Source of the DNA: Holophagaceae bacterium
GTDB lineage: Bacteria > Acidobacteriota > Holophagae > Holophagales > Holophagaceae
DNA: 64,000 nucleotides
Direction of reading: 5' to 3'
Assembly: GCA_043723905.1 (NCBI GenBank)
Contig: JAYSNJ010000120.1
Coordinates: 608-64,607, forward strand
Under the pieces are notes generated by a model, which was given only the letters and a program-made list of their open reading frames with translations, had not been told where the DNA came from and made no database searches. Positions 55,354 to 64,000 of the stretch are shown here, one piece after another. Positions within the stretch are counted from its first letter, which is position 1, and each line of letters opens with the position of its first letter. The translations under genes were made by a program, and so were the position numbers.

Positions 55354-58300
55354 TCAGGGCCTGCCCAGCAGCTTCGCCCAGCGCTCGAGGTTGGCGTCCA
55401 GCGCCAGGGCCTTGTCCCAGGCCTGCCTGGCCCGGGGCTGCGCACCCCGGTCCCCGCGTCGGAGGGCCTCCTGCTCCACGACGGCGATCCAGAGCCAGGC
55501 CTCTGCCCGCAGGGGATCCTGCCGCAGGGCCTCCCGGGCCGCATCCAGGGCCCGGGCCCGAGTGCGGCCATACCGAACGAAGGCCCGGGCCCGCACCTCC
55601 GCCTGGCCCACGAGGGCCTTGGCGGAACCCGTGATCGCCACGGCCCGGCGGAAGGCAGCCTCGGCCCGGCCCCATTCCAGGCCAGGCTCGGTCCCGGAGG
55701 CCAGACACTGACGGCCCCGCAGCAGGGCGAGGCAGCCTCGAAGGTAGAGGGCCTGCTCCCGATCCACAGACCGGCCCCCCAGATCCAGACTCGCTTCTGC
55801 TTCGGCCAGGATGGGGCCCGGATTCACCCCCCGCTCCAGGCGGCCCTGGGCTACCCCCAGCAGGGCTTCGGCAACTTGGTCGTGAGCCTGAAGAAGGTTC
55901 GGGTTGGCCTGGAAGGCCCGGCCGTACGCCTCCGCCGCCCGACGGAGGTCCTCCTCCCCGTCCCCCCGGATCGCCAGGAGATACTGCCCCCGGATGAGAC
56001 GGGCATCCCCTTCGGTCCAGGCCAGGATCCCGACCTGGAGACCCCGGGCCTGGGCGGCCGCCAGTGCGTCCAGGACCGCCGCCACGGAAGGTCGGGGATC
56101 CAGACCGTGGATCCGTTCGAACTCCGCCCGTTCCACCCAAAGGGTGGCCAGCCCCCGGTAGGATCCCAGCAGATCCGGGAAGCGGTCCCGAAGGGCCCTG
56201 GCCTGGAGGAGCCCCTCCTCGAAGCTGACCCATGGGGGGATACCCGAATTGATCTCCCCGGTCATCTTCCGCATGGTGGCCATGGCCATCAGGGCCGTGA
56301 ATGCGGGTTCCTGGGGGTGGCGTCCCTGGGCCTGCCGGGCCAGTGTCAGGGCAGCCTGATAGGAGGGCATGGGGTCGAGCCCCGTCCTCCGATTCATGCT
56401 CCCCTCCCCCAGGAGGAGGGCCGTGCGGATGGCGAGCACGGCGGGATTGTCCGGCTCCAGGGCCAGGGCCTCCCGGGACAGGGCCAGGGCCTCCCGCAGG
56501 GTGGACTGGGTGGCGGGTTCCAGGGGCGGCTGCAGCTCTGCCCAGCCGGCCAGGATCCGGGCTAGGCGGGCCGGGGCTTCGCCGTCCTGGGGGCGCAGGA
56601 TCCGCACCCGGGCCAGGGCCTCCCGGCAAAGGGCCAGGGTGGCCTCGGTCTTCCGTCCGGAGCCGAGCTCCCGGGTGGCCCGCTCCGCCAGGACCCGCAC
56701 CTCACCCAGAGCCGTCGCGGGGTCGCTGGGGGCCAGCCGTCGGGCGGCCTCGAAGGCCTCCCCCCCTTGGGCGAGAAGGGCCAGGGCTGGTCCTGCCTCC
56801 GACACCGTCTGGGCTCGCGCCAGCAGGGCCTCACCCTCCAGCCGCTTGGCCTCGTAGAGCCAGGGGGTGGCGGCCAGTGCCTCCCGTGCCTTGGCCTGAA
56901 CCTCGTCCCAGTGGCCCCCCATGAAGGCCACCTGGGCCAGGTGGTATGCGGGGGACTCCAGGGCGGCGACAGCCCCCTCCCGCAGCCGGACCAGGGCGGG
57001 ATCCCGCAGCTCCTTGGCCAGCTCCCGCTCACGGGCCTCTCGCAGCCCCTTGGAGGGCAGGGCCCGAGCCAGATCCAGGGCCCGCTGATAGCTGGCGGCG
57101 AGGGCCCGGCCCAGGGCGAGGGACACTTCGGGCGTGCGGAGACCGCCGGACCAGGCTTCCTCCAGCAGGGCCTTCGCCTTCTCGATATCCCCCAGAGCCA
57201 GATGCCCTCGCCCCAGGGCGTAGGCCGCCGGGCCTGCGGCCAGTCGACCCCCGCGCCGGGCCTCCACCTCCAGGGCGGCCATCCGCTCCCGGGCCTGGAC
57301 CCGCTCCGGGGTCAGATCATGGGGGGGCAGCAGCTGGGCATAGCGCCGCAGGGCCTCGATGCGTTCGGCCTCCTGGCCGAAGTGCTGGGCGTAGCGCGCC
57401 CGGGTCTTGGCCGTGGCGGCCGAGTAGGCGGCCAGGCCGGCCGCGACCAGCAGGCCCCCCAGGGCCACGCTCGCCACGCCCACGAGGAGCCGGTTTCTGC
57501 GCACCCACTTGCCCGTGAGGTAGCGCAGGGTCGGCTTTTGCGCCAGGATGGGCTCGCCCTCCCGCCAGCGCCGGAGATCCTCAGCCACGGCCAGGGCGCT
57601 CTCGTAGCGCCGGGTGGGCTCCTTCTCCAGGCACTTGCGCACGATCGTGTCCAGATCCTCGGGCAGGTCGGCCACGAGGTGCGCCAGGCTCGGAACATCC
57701 TCCTCCTGGGTGCGCCGGAGCGCGTCCAGACCCCCGCTCCCGGCGAAGGGCGCCTGGCCCGTGAGCACCTTGTGGAGGGTTGCCCCCAGGCCGTAGACAT
57801 CCGTCCGCCGTCCCACATTGGCGTGATCGCCCCTAGCCTGTTCTGGGGCCATGTAGTGGGTCGTCCCGATCACCAGTCCCTGCACCGTCAGCCCCGTGGC
57901 CTCCTGGCCCTTGGCCAGCCCGAAGTCCAGAATGGTGGGCTTGGACCCTCGCTCGCCCGGCTCCACCATGATGTTGGCGGGCTTGAGGTCCCGGTGGATG
58001 AGGCCCTGGCGATGGGCCGCATGGATGGCCTCGGCCACCGCCTCCATCACCTTCACTTTCTCCACGAGGCTCAGCCCCGGCGCCGCGGCCTCCAGGGTCT
58101 CGCCCCTGAGGAACTGCATGGCGATGTAGCTCTGCCCCTGCCACTCGCCCACCTCGAAGACCTTGCAGATGTTCGGATGCTCCACCTGAGCCTGGTTCTG
58201 AGCCTCCAGCTGGAAGCGCGCCACCAGCTCCGGATCCTCCCGGCGCAGGAACTTGAGCGCCACCATCCGCTTCAGCCTGGAATCGAAGGCCTTGAACACC

Positions 58301-58809
58301 CGTCCCATCCCGCCTTCGGCCACGAAGCGGAGATTGCGATAGTGCTTCCAGGAAGGCAGGGTCAGGACCCGGAGCACCTGGTGGCCCGTGCCGTCCGTCT
58401 CGTCTCCCGCCGAGGGGAGGCTCTCCCAGGGATCCTGCCCCTCCACCCCGGGGGGGTGAGCAGCCGAGGATCCACTCTCCTCGCGACTTTGGGAGGGGGC
58501 CTGGGGCCTGCCCTCCACCAGTTGGGCCAGGTCCTTCAGATCTTCGGCATCCAGACTGCCCTGGGCCTGCAGGGCCTCCAGGAGGGCCTGCTCCGAACCC
58601 AGGGCCCTGCGCAGGGCGGACTCGTCCAGCAGCCCCCGGAGGAGGGCCATGCCAACGAGCTGGAGGGGCTGTCCGGAATCCAAGGCGAGTTCCTGAACCA
58701 GAAGAGCAGAGGCTCCCAGCAGTGTGACGGGAGGAGAACCCCGACTCCATAGTCCTTTGCGGCACCTTTGTGGGTTGACCTCGGCGCCGGGCCCAGGCCA
58801 TCCTGCCAA
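55354..58809 (-). CDS. transmembrane serine/threonine protein kinase with a large TPR-like C-terminal region
   Basis: GGMGRVFKAFD...VALKFL, HRDLKPANIMV, DFGLA and YMAPEQ. One TM (LLVGVASVALGGLLVAAGLAAY), then ~650 aa of helical repeats. Start uncertain: TTG at 58809 or ATG at 58650. Confidence 0.85.
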   Translation of the reverse strand: MAGWPGPGAEVNPQRCRKGLWSRGSPPVTLLGASALLVQELALDSGQPLQLVGMALLRGLLDESALRRALGSEQALLEALQAQGSLDAEDLKDLAQLVEGRPQAPSQSREESGSSAAHPPGVEGQDPWESLPSAGDETDGTGHQVLRVLTLPSWKHYRNLRFVAEGGMGRVFKAFDSRLKRMVALKFLRREDPELVARFQLEAQNQAQVEHPNICKVFEVGEWQGQSYIAMQFLRGETLEAAAPGLSLVEKVKVMEAVAEAIHAAHRQGLIHRDLKPANIMVEPGERGSKPTILDFGLAKGQEATGLTVQGLVIGTTHYMAPEQARGDHANVGRRTDVYGLGATLHKVLTGQAPFAGSGGLDALRRTQEEDVPSLAHLVADLPEDLDTIVRKCLEKEPTRRYESALAVAEDLRRWREGEPILAQKPTLRYLTGKWVRRNRLLVGVASVALGGLLVAAGLAAYSAATAKTRARYAQHFGQEAERIEALRRYAQLLPPHDLTPERVQARERMAALEVEARRGGRLAAGPAAYALGRGHLALGDIEKAKALLEEAWSGGLRTPEVSLALGRALAASYQRALDLARALPSKGLREARERELAKELRDPALVRLREGAVAALESPAYHLAQVAFMGGHWDEVQAKAREALAATPWLYEAKRLEGEALLARAQTVSEAGPALALLAQGGEAFEAARRLAPSDPATALGEVRVLAERATRELGSGRKTEATLALCREALARVRILRPQDGEAPARLARILAGWAELQPPLEPATQSTLREALALSREALALEPDNPAVLAIRTALLLGEGSMNRRTGLDPMPSYQAALTLARQAQGRHPQEPAFTALMAMATMRKMTGEINSGIPPWVSFEEGLLQARALRDRFPDLLGSYRGLATLWVERAEFERIHGLDPRPSVAAVLDALAAAQARGLQVGILAWTEGDARLIRGQYLLAIRGDGEEDLRRAAEAYGRAFQANPNLLQAHDQVAEALLGVAQGRLERGVNPGPILAEAEASLDLGGRSVDREQALYLRGCLALLRGRQCLASGTEPGLEWGRAEAAFRRAVAITGSAKALVGQAEVRARAFVRYGRTRARALDAAREALRQDPLRAEAWLWIAVVEQEALRRGDRGAQPRARQAWDKALALDANLERWAKLLGRP

Positions 58810-58824
58810 GAGGCATAGATCCAG

Positions 58825-58885
58825 GAAGGAGGTTTCGATGAGTACTCAGCGCACGATCGACGAACCTCCTTCGTGGCTGGGCTAG
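58825..58885 (+). promoter_or_regulatory. hairpin sequestering a strong SD, plus a 15-codon mini-ORF upstream of the ABC transporter genes
   Basis: GAAGGAGGTTTCG (58825-58837) pairs with CGAACCTCCTTC (58861-58872), giving 12 bp with one bulge. ATG at 58838 encodes MSTQRTIDEPPSWLG, ending at TAG 58883-58885. Confidence 0.35.
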
Positions 58886-58991
58886 CCTAAGCGCTGCTCA
58901 GCGGAACAAGGGACCGCAGGTCCCACCACCTTGTCGGAAAGGAACACGGGGAGACCCGGCGTACTTCCCGTTCCAAGCTTCTGGATCCGCC

Positions 58992-60731
58992 ATGATCAAT
59001 CAGATTCTCAACAACGCGTGGGGGCAGGCCAGCAACCTGTTCGGCGCCCCCATCCGCCGACGCAGGTGGGTGGATCTCCTCGTGATCGCCGCCCTGGCGG
59101 GCATCGTCATGGGGCTTGTGCTCGTGGCCAGAGAATGGACTGTCATCCAGCGCCCCGTAGTCACCATCGACCTTTCCCCCTGGGCCCTCCCCAAATACGC
59201 CATTCTCAGCTTTGCCCGGGCGGCAGCGGCCTTCGCCATTTCCGCCGGCTTCACCCTGGTAGTGGCCTACTGGGCGGCCCGGGACCCTCTGGCCGAGCGC
59301 TTCCTGATCCCCATCCTGGACATCCTCCAGAGCGTGCCCCTGCTGGCCTTCATGCCGGTGATCCTGCTGGCCATGGTCAGCCTGTTTCGCACCAGCAATG
59401 TCGGCATCGAACTCTCCGCCGTGATCCTCATCGTCACCTGCCAGGCCTGGAACATGGCCTTCAGCTTCTACCAGAGCCTGAAGACGGTCCCCCAGGAACT
59501 GGACGAAGTCTCCCGCGGCTACGGCATGAACTGGAGCCAGCGTCTCCGCTGGGTGGAGCTGCCCTACGCCACCCCCGGGCTGGTGTGGAATTCCATGGTC
59601 AGTGTGGCCAATGGCTGGTTCTTCCTCATGGCGGCGGAGGCCTTCAAGCTGGGCAGCCAGGACTTCCGCCTGCCCGGCCTCGGCGCCTACATGAGCGTGG
59701 CCGTGGAGCAGGGCAATGTCCGGGCGGAGATCTACGCCATCCTGACCATGCTGGCCCTCGTCGTCCTCCTGGACCAGCTCGTCTGGAAGCCCGTTGTCGC
59801 TTGGAGCCAGCGCTTCCAGATGGATGACGCCGTGAGGGTGGAGAAGCGACGGAGCTGGCTCCTGCGCCTCCTCCGCCGCAGCGAACTCTGGATGCGCGTG
59901 CGCCATGCCATCGCGAACCTCATGCCCGTGCGCCAACCCCGACCCCTCGCCCCCTCGGATATCTCGGAGGAGCATACGGCCTTCCAACGCGTGCTGGGCG
60001 GAACGATGCTCATCCTCGTGCTTCTGGCCCTCGCCCTGGGAGGGGTGAAACTGGTGGGAGTCATGACCAGCGTCTCCTCCTCGGAATGGATCCGCCTGCT
60101 GAAAGCTGGCGGGGCCTCCATGGGCCGCGTCCTCTGTTCCACCTTTCTGGCCACCTGCTGGACACTCCCCATCGGACTCTGGATCGGACTCTCGCCCACC
60201 TGGAGCCGCCGGTTGCAGCCCTATGTCCAGGTCGTGGCCAGCTTCCCGGCCAGCATCCTCTTCGTGGCCCTCATCGTGGCCCTCCAGCGGGTGGGCGTGA
60301 ACCTCTTCAGCAGCAGCATCCTGCTCATGACCCTCTCCACCCAGTGGTACCTCCTCTTCAACATCATCGCCGGGGCCCAGGCCGTGCCCATGAACCTGCG
60401 CGAAGCCGCCAAGGCCTATCGTTTCGGCATCTGGAAAACCGCGTGGAAGCTCTACCTCCCGGCCATCTTCCCCTTCCTGGTGACGGGCTGGGTGACGGCC
60501 ACGGGAGGTGCCTGGAACGTCAGCATCATCACGGAAATCGTCCAGGTTCGAGGGCAGACCTATTCGACCTTCGGCCTCGGCGCCATCGTCACCCAGTCCG
60601 CCGATACAGGGAATATTCCCCTGCTGGCGGCCGCAGCTATCCTCATGGCCATCATGGTGGTGCTCTTCAACCGGATCGTGTGGGCCCCGCTCTACCGCCT
60701 CGCCGAAACCCGCTATTCACTCAATCGATAG
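58992..60731 (+). CDS. ABC transporter permease with duplicated (fused) permease domains
   Basis: 579 aa and about 12 predicted TM segments in two homologous halves. NitT/TauT-like EAA-type loops (ELDEVSRGYGMNWSQRLRWVELP and NLREAAKAYRFGIWKTAWKLYLP). Confidence 0.75.
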   Translation: MINQILNNAWGQASNLFGAPIRRRRWVDLLVIAALAGIVMGLVLVAREWTVIQRPVVTIDLSPWALPKYAILSFARAAAAFAISAGFTLVVAYWAARDPLAERFLIPILDILQSVPLLAFMPVILLAMVSLFRTSNVGIELSAVILIVTCQAWNMAFSFYQSLKTVPQELDEVSRGYGMNWSQRLRWVELPYATPGLVWNSMVSVANGWFFLMAAEAFKLGSQDFRLPGLGAYMSVAVEQGNVRAEIYAILTMLALVVLLDQLVWKPVVAWSQRFQMDDAVRVEKRRSWLLRLLRRSELWMRVRHAIANLMPVRQPRPLAPSDISEEHTAFQRVLGGTMLILVLLALALGGVKLVGVMTSVSSSEWIRLLKAGGASMGRVLCSTFLATCWTLPIGLWIGLSPTWSRRLQPYVQVVASFPASILFVALIVALQRVGVNLFSSSILLMTLSTQWYLLFNIIAGAQAVPMNLREAAKAYRFGIWKTAWKLYLPAIFPFLVTGWVTATGGAWNVSIITEIVQVRGQTYSTFGLGAIVTQSADTGNIPLLAAAAILMAIMVVLFNRIVWAPLYRLAETRYSLNR

Positions 60732-60739
60732 GAGTCGCC

Positions 60740-62020
60740 ATGACCGCCCCCATCTGCGAACTCCGTGGCGTCCAGAAGCACTATCCCGGCTCCCGCGGCA
60801 AGGACATCCGCGTGCTGGAGGACATCAACCTGAAGGTGCTCCAGGACGAAATCCTCTGCATCCTGGGCCCCAACGGCAGCGGCAAATCCACGCTGCTCCG
60901 CCTCCTGGCGGGGCTGACCCCCCCCACCAGCGGGGAAGTCCGCTACCACCGCAACAAGCTGGTGGGCCTCAACCCTGGCGTGGCGATGGTGTTCCAGGAT
61001 TTTGCGCTCTACCCCTGGATGACCGTGGAGGAGAATGTCCGCGTGGTGCTCCGCGCCCGGGATCTGCCGGAGGCAGAATTGCGGGACCGAGCCCATCAGG
61101 CCATCAGCAAGGTGGGCCTGGAAGGCTTCGAGGAAGCCTTCCCCAGGGAGCTCTCCCGCGGCTTCAAACAGCGCGTGGGCGTGGCCCGGGCCCTGGCCGT
61201 CGATCCCGAGATCCTCGTCATGGACGAGCCCTTCAGCCAGGTGGACGCCCTCACGGCCGAGGCTCTGCGTGCCGAAATGCTAGATATCTGGCAGGATGCC
61301 GAGCGCAATCCCAACAGCATCGTGCTCGTGAGCCACTCCATCCGCGAGGCCGTGCTCATGTCCGACCGCATCGTGATCCTGTCGGGCAATCCCTCCCATA
61401 TCCGCACCATCATTCCCAATACCCTCCCCCGGCCCCGCAACAGCCGGACGCCGGAGTTCTTGAAGCTGGTGGACCGTGTGCACGACATCATCACTTCCGC
61501 CGAACTGCCGGATGTGGAAGTGACGGCGCCCATCCCCAGCAAGGTGCCCGAAGCCATCGAGCCCCTGCCCCACGCCGCCAGCCCCGACATCCTCGGCCTG
61601 CTGGAATTCCTGGAGGCCCAGGGCGGCAGTTGTGATCTCTTCCAGGTGGCCGCCCAGACGCATGTGCCCTTCGAGACCGTCCTCACCACGGTGAAGGCTG
61701 CCGAGATGCTGGACTTCGTCGAGACACCCAAGCGCAGCCTCACGTTCACTGCCATCGGCCTGCGCTTCATGGCGGGGGACATGGACAAGCGCAAGGACAT
61801 CTGGCGCGCCCAGCTCCTCCAGCTGCGGTTGTTCCGCGTCGTGCGGGAGATGCTGCAGCTCCGGGAGGGGGAACTCGCCAAGGAGGAACTGCTCCACGAA
61901 ATCACCCTGCGCCTGCCCATGGAAGACCCCGAGGAAACCTTCGAGACGCTGGTGGCCTGGGGGCGCTTCGGAGAACTCTTCGCTTACCGGGAAGAGAAGG
62001 AAGTTTTGACCTTCGAATGA
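60740..62020 (+). CDS. ABC transporter ATP-binding protein with ~170-aa C-terminal accessory domain
   Basis: Walker A GPNGSGKST, signature LSRGFKQRV, Walker B ILVMDEPFS. GGAG RBS. Start chosen at MTAPICELRG. Confidence 0.85.
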   Translation: MTAPICELRGVQKHYPGSRGKDIRVLEDINLKVLQDEILCILGPNGSGKSTLLRLLAGLTPPTSGEVRYHRNKLVGLNPGVAMVFQDFALYPWMTVEENVRVVLRARDLPEAELRDRAHQAISKVGLEGFEEAFPRELSRGFKQRVGVARALAVDPEILVMDEPFSQVDALTAEALRAEMLDIWQDAERNPNSIVLVSHSIREAVLMSDRIVILSGNPSHIRTIIPNTLPRPRNSRTPEFLKLVDRVHDIITSAELPDVEVTAPIPSKVPEAIEPLPHAASPDILGLLEFLEAQGGSCDLFQVAAQTHVPFETVLTTVKAAEMLDFVETPKRSLTFTAIGLRFMAGDMDKRKDIWRAQLLQLRLFRVVREMLQLREGELAKEELLHEITLRLPMEDPEETFETLVAWGRFGELFAYREEKEVLTFE

Positions 62021-62080
62021 AAAGGCAGTGGGCAGGGGTTGGCGGTCAGTAGCTCTCTGCCCACTGTTCACTGCCTTTTA
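62020..62080. terminator. bidirectional terminator-like nested hairpin between convergent genes
   Basis: AAAAGGCAGTG...CACTGCCTTTT, and the inner pair CAGTGGGCAG...CTGCCCACTG. An A-run and a T-run flank the structure. Confidence 0.6.
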
Positions 62081-62943
62081 GGCACAGGTGGATGGATGGC
62101 GGCGAGGGTGATGCCTGCCAGGATGAAGAGGATGCCCAGGCCCTGCGCGCCCCCCGGCGCCTCCTTCAGCAGCAGCCAGCCGAGGAAGACCGTGGCCACC
62201 TGCTGGAAGAGGAGGCCCAGGGAGCCCATGCTGGCCGGGAGATGGCCGAAGCTCCAGGCGATGAGCCACCAGGCGAGCACCTGCACCAGCAGGCCCAGTC
62301 CCAGCAGCGCGAGCCAGGCCTGGGGGGCATACCCGCCAAAGGAGGCACCCTGACCGATCGAAAGGAGCCCGAAGGCGAAGGTAGCCGTGGCCACCACGGC
62401 GGTGAGGGCCCAGGGCGCGCTGAGGGTGCGGCGGGCGCGGGAGAGGGAGAGCATGTAGCCTGCGTATCCGAAGGAGGCCAGGAAGCCCAGGAACTCGCCC
62501 CGGCCCCCGCCGAAGTGAGCCCCAGAGGCCAGGGCGAGCAGGGCCGCACCCCCGAGGGCGAGGCCCAGTCCGACCCACCCCCAGAACCGCAGGTGGAAGC
62601 CCAGGAAGAGCACCCCTGCCAGGGTCACCCAGAGCGGAGCCAGCCCCACCAGCAGCGTGGCGCTGGCGGCCGTGGTCCAGTGCAGAGCCAAATGCCACAG
62701 CCAGAGATCCGCCGTGAAGCAGAGGCCGCCCAGCGCCGCCCAGGCGAGCCCCTTCCCGGCCCCCGGGCCAGGCCTGCCGTCGCGGAAGGCGAGGAGAACC
62801 ACCAGGGGCAGGGCGAAGAGCATCCGATAGAAACCCACGGCCAGCGGGCTCACACCGACTGCCCACTTCACGAAAATGGCGGCGAAACCGAGCACGGCCG
62901 CCCCGGCCAGAAGGGCGGGAAGGCCCCTGCGCATTTCAGCCAT
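62068..62943 (-). CDS. DMT-superfamily (EamA-like) transporter
   Basis: 291 aa with about 10 TM segments and two EamA-like halves. Start overlaps the upstream response-regulator stop (TGATG). Confidence 0.75.
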   Translation of the reverse strand: MAEMRRGLPALLAGAAVLGFAAIFVKWAVGVSPLAVGFYRMLFALPLVVLLAFRDGRPGPGAGKGLAWAALGGLCFTADLWLWHLALHWTTAASATLLVGLAPLWVTLAGVLFLGFHLRFWGWVGLGLALGGAALLALASGAHFGGGRGEFLGFLASFGYAGYMLSLSRARRTLSAPWALTAVVATATFAFGLLSIGQGASFGGYAPQAWLALLGLGLLVQVLAWWLIAWSFGHLPASMGSLGLLFQQVATVFLGWLLLKEAPGGAQGLGILFILAGITLAAIHPPVPKRQ

Positions 62944-63320
62944 CAGTCGATGGGCGCCAGGAGTCGTTCCACTTCAGCCTGGAGGGTCTGAGGCTCGAAG
63001 GGCTTGTGGAGGAATCCGAGGGAGCCCATCCGCTCGAGCCGCTCCCGCACCTCGTCATCGTGGTGGGCGGTGAGGATGAGGACGGGAATCTCCTTCAGGA
63101 CTGGATCCTCGCGGAAGGCGCGCACCAGACTGTTGCCGGGGCAACCGGGCATCAGGTAGTCCATCAGCAGGAGCTGGGGCGGGTTCTCGCGCAGGATCTT
63201 GAGGACCTCGAAGATGCTGACAGGCTCGATCTCCACGATCTCGTGCCCCGACTTGCGCAGACAGCTCGCCGCAAAGGTGCGCGCGAGGCGACTGTCATCC
63301 ACAATGGCGATCCGGGGCAT
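62943..63320 (-). CDS. single-domain response regulator (CheY-like receiver)
   Basis: Start chosen at MPRIAIVDDS. Phospho-acceptor region LLLMDYLMPG. LILTAH and HKPF motifs. Confidence 0.8.
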   Translation of the reverse strand: MPRIAIVDDSRLARTFAASCLRKSGHEIVEIEPVSIFEVLKILRENPPQLLLMDYLMPGCPGNSLVRAFREDPVLKEIPVLILTAHHDDEVRERLERMGSLGFLHKPFEPQTLQAEVERLLAPID

Positions 63321-63366
63321 GGCAATCCTCTGCCCCATCATCCCCCAAGGGCGTTCCCGCCGCCAG

Positions 63367-64000
63367 TCAGTTCGCCCAGCGGGAGACCATTTCCCAGAGG
63401 TCTTCCTTCCGGCATTCGCCATTCAGGATGATGGCGAAGACCCGAAGCCTTCCATCGAGGGTCTGGAGGTAGCCGCAGACAGAATTGACGCTCGTGAGCT
63501 CGCCCGTCTTGCACCGGATCCGGCGGACCAGGTTGGCGTCCTGGATGTTCAATGCCCAGGGCTCGCCGCCGATGATCTTGAGGCTGCTCACAAATTCCGG
63601 CCCCACCTCGAAATCGTTCCAGCCCGCGCGCAGAACGATGGCCAGGGTTCGTGCCGAGAGGCGGTTGTCCTTGCTGAGCCCGGACCCGTCGGTGATCGCG
63701 ATCTTGTCGGGCCCCAGCTCGAGGACGGCCTTGTAGAAGTCCTGGATCCGGGCGATGCCCCTGGGCCAGGTGCCGTCCCCGAAGCACTTCACGAGCATTT
63801 CGATGCTGAAGTTGTTGGAGAACTTGTTGATGTCCTGGATCATCTGGCGCAGAGGAAGTGATGTGTGGGTGTGGATCTTCTGCAGTTCGCCTGGCGGCAG
63901 CCTGGCGCCTTCCACCGTGATGCCCGCCTCCTGCAGAATCCGAGTGATGATCTCCACGGCCAGCCGTTCGGGGTCCCGCACGATCCGGCGGTTCTCGCGG
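63367..64000 (-). CDS. D-alanyl-D-alanine carboxypeptidase/endopeptidase (PBP4, S13 family), C-terminal part; 5' end lies beyond the window
   Basis: Frame is open to the window edge. KTGELTSVNSVCGYL is a KTG box. The C-terminal region RVFAIILNG is typical of DacB-type PBP4. Confidence 0.65.
   Translation of the reverse strand, partial: RENRRIVRDPERLAVEIITRILQEAGITVEGARLPPGELQKIHTHTSLPLRQMIQDINKFSNNFSIEMLVKCFGDGTWPRGIARIQDFYKAVLELGPDKIAITDGSGLSKDNRLSARTLAIVLRAGWNDFEVGPEFVSSLKIIGGEPWALNIQDANLVRRIRCKTGELTSVNSVCGYLQTLDGRLRVFAIILNGECRKEDLWEMVSRWAN

Noticed and set aside
57833-58816. 327-aa ORF starting at ATG 58816 in another frame of the kinase locus.
   Set aside because: Its product is Gly/Pro/Arg-rich with no motifs. 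The kinase frame carries all Hanks motifs. Only the kinase start (58809 TTG or 58650 ATG) remains uncertain.

Overview
High-G+C (about two-thirds by eye, not computed) bacterial chromosomal segment, densely coding on both strands. I can support about 56 protein genes. I saw no rRNA or tRNA genes, no CRISPR array, and no integrase, transposase or phage genes, so this reads as core chromosome rather than an accessory island. The gene content is compatible with an anaerobic or facultative Acidobacteriota (Holophagae-like) organism: several secreted S9 peptidases, a TPR Ser/Thr kinase, an ECF sigma module and Flx-Hdr. That taxonomic placement is a guess. Recognisable blocks are listed here. (1) psuK-psuG pseudouridine catabolism. 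(2) A convergent membrane-lipid module: an Aas-like acyltransferase-ACP-acyl-ACP synthetase plus an alpha/beta hydrolase, facing an LplT-like MFS translationally coupled to a sphingomyelin-synthase-like PAP2_C protein. (3) rlmF and trmO flanked by two radical-SAM genes that both carry a non-canonical CX4CX2C motif. (4) An ECF sigma / anti-sigma / VIT-vWA module. (5) A motA-motB stator pair with no flagellar genes nearby. (6) A TetR-controlled alcohol dehydrogenase / DJ-1 / Old-Yellow-Enzyme detoxification operon with a very clean promoter-operator. (7) A seven-gene hdrCBA-flxDCBA cluster, interrupted by a strikingly AT-rich 143-nt spacer carrying five phased CACGGAT heptamers. (8) A TPR Ser/Thr kinase, a MoxR ATPase and a fused-permease ABC system. 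I found no convincing new defence or mobile system. The items most worth a second look are the phased-heptamer spacer inside the flx operon and an intergenic inverted-repeat element with two near-identical copies 25 kb apart plus a possible degenerate third. The others are the PAP2_C/LplT/Aas lipid module, the paired CX4CX2C radical-SAM genes, a low-G+C orphan lipoprotein gene, an apparently frameshifted small gene, and an SD-sequestering hairpin with a 15-codon mini-ORF upstream of the ABC transporter. All family assignments come from motif recognition by eye, with no database search. Start codons are my best choice within the supplied ORFs.
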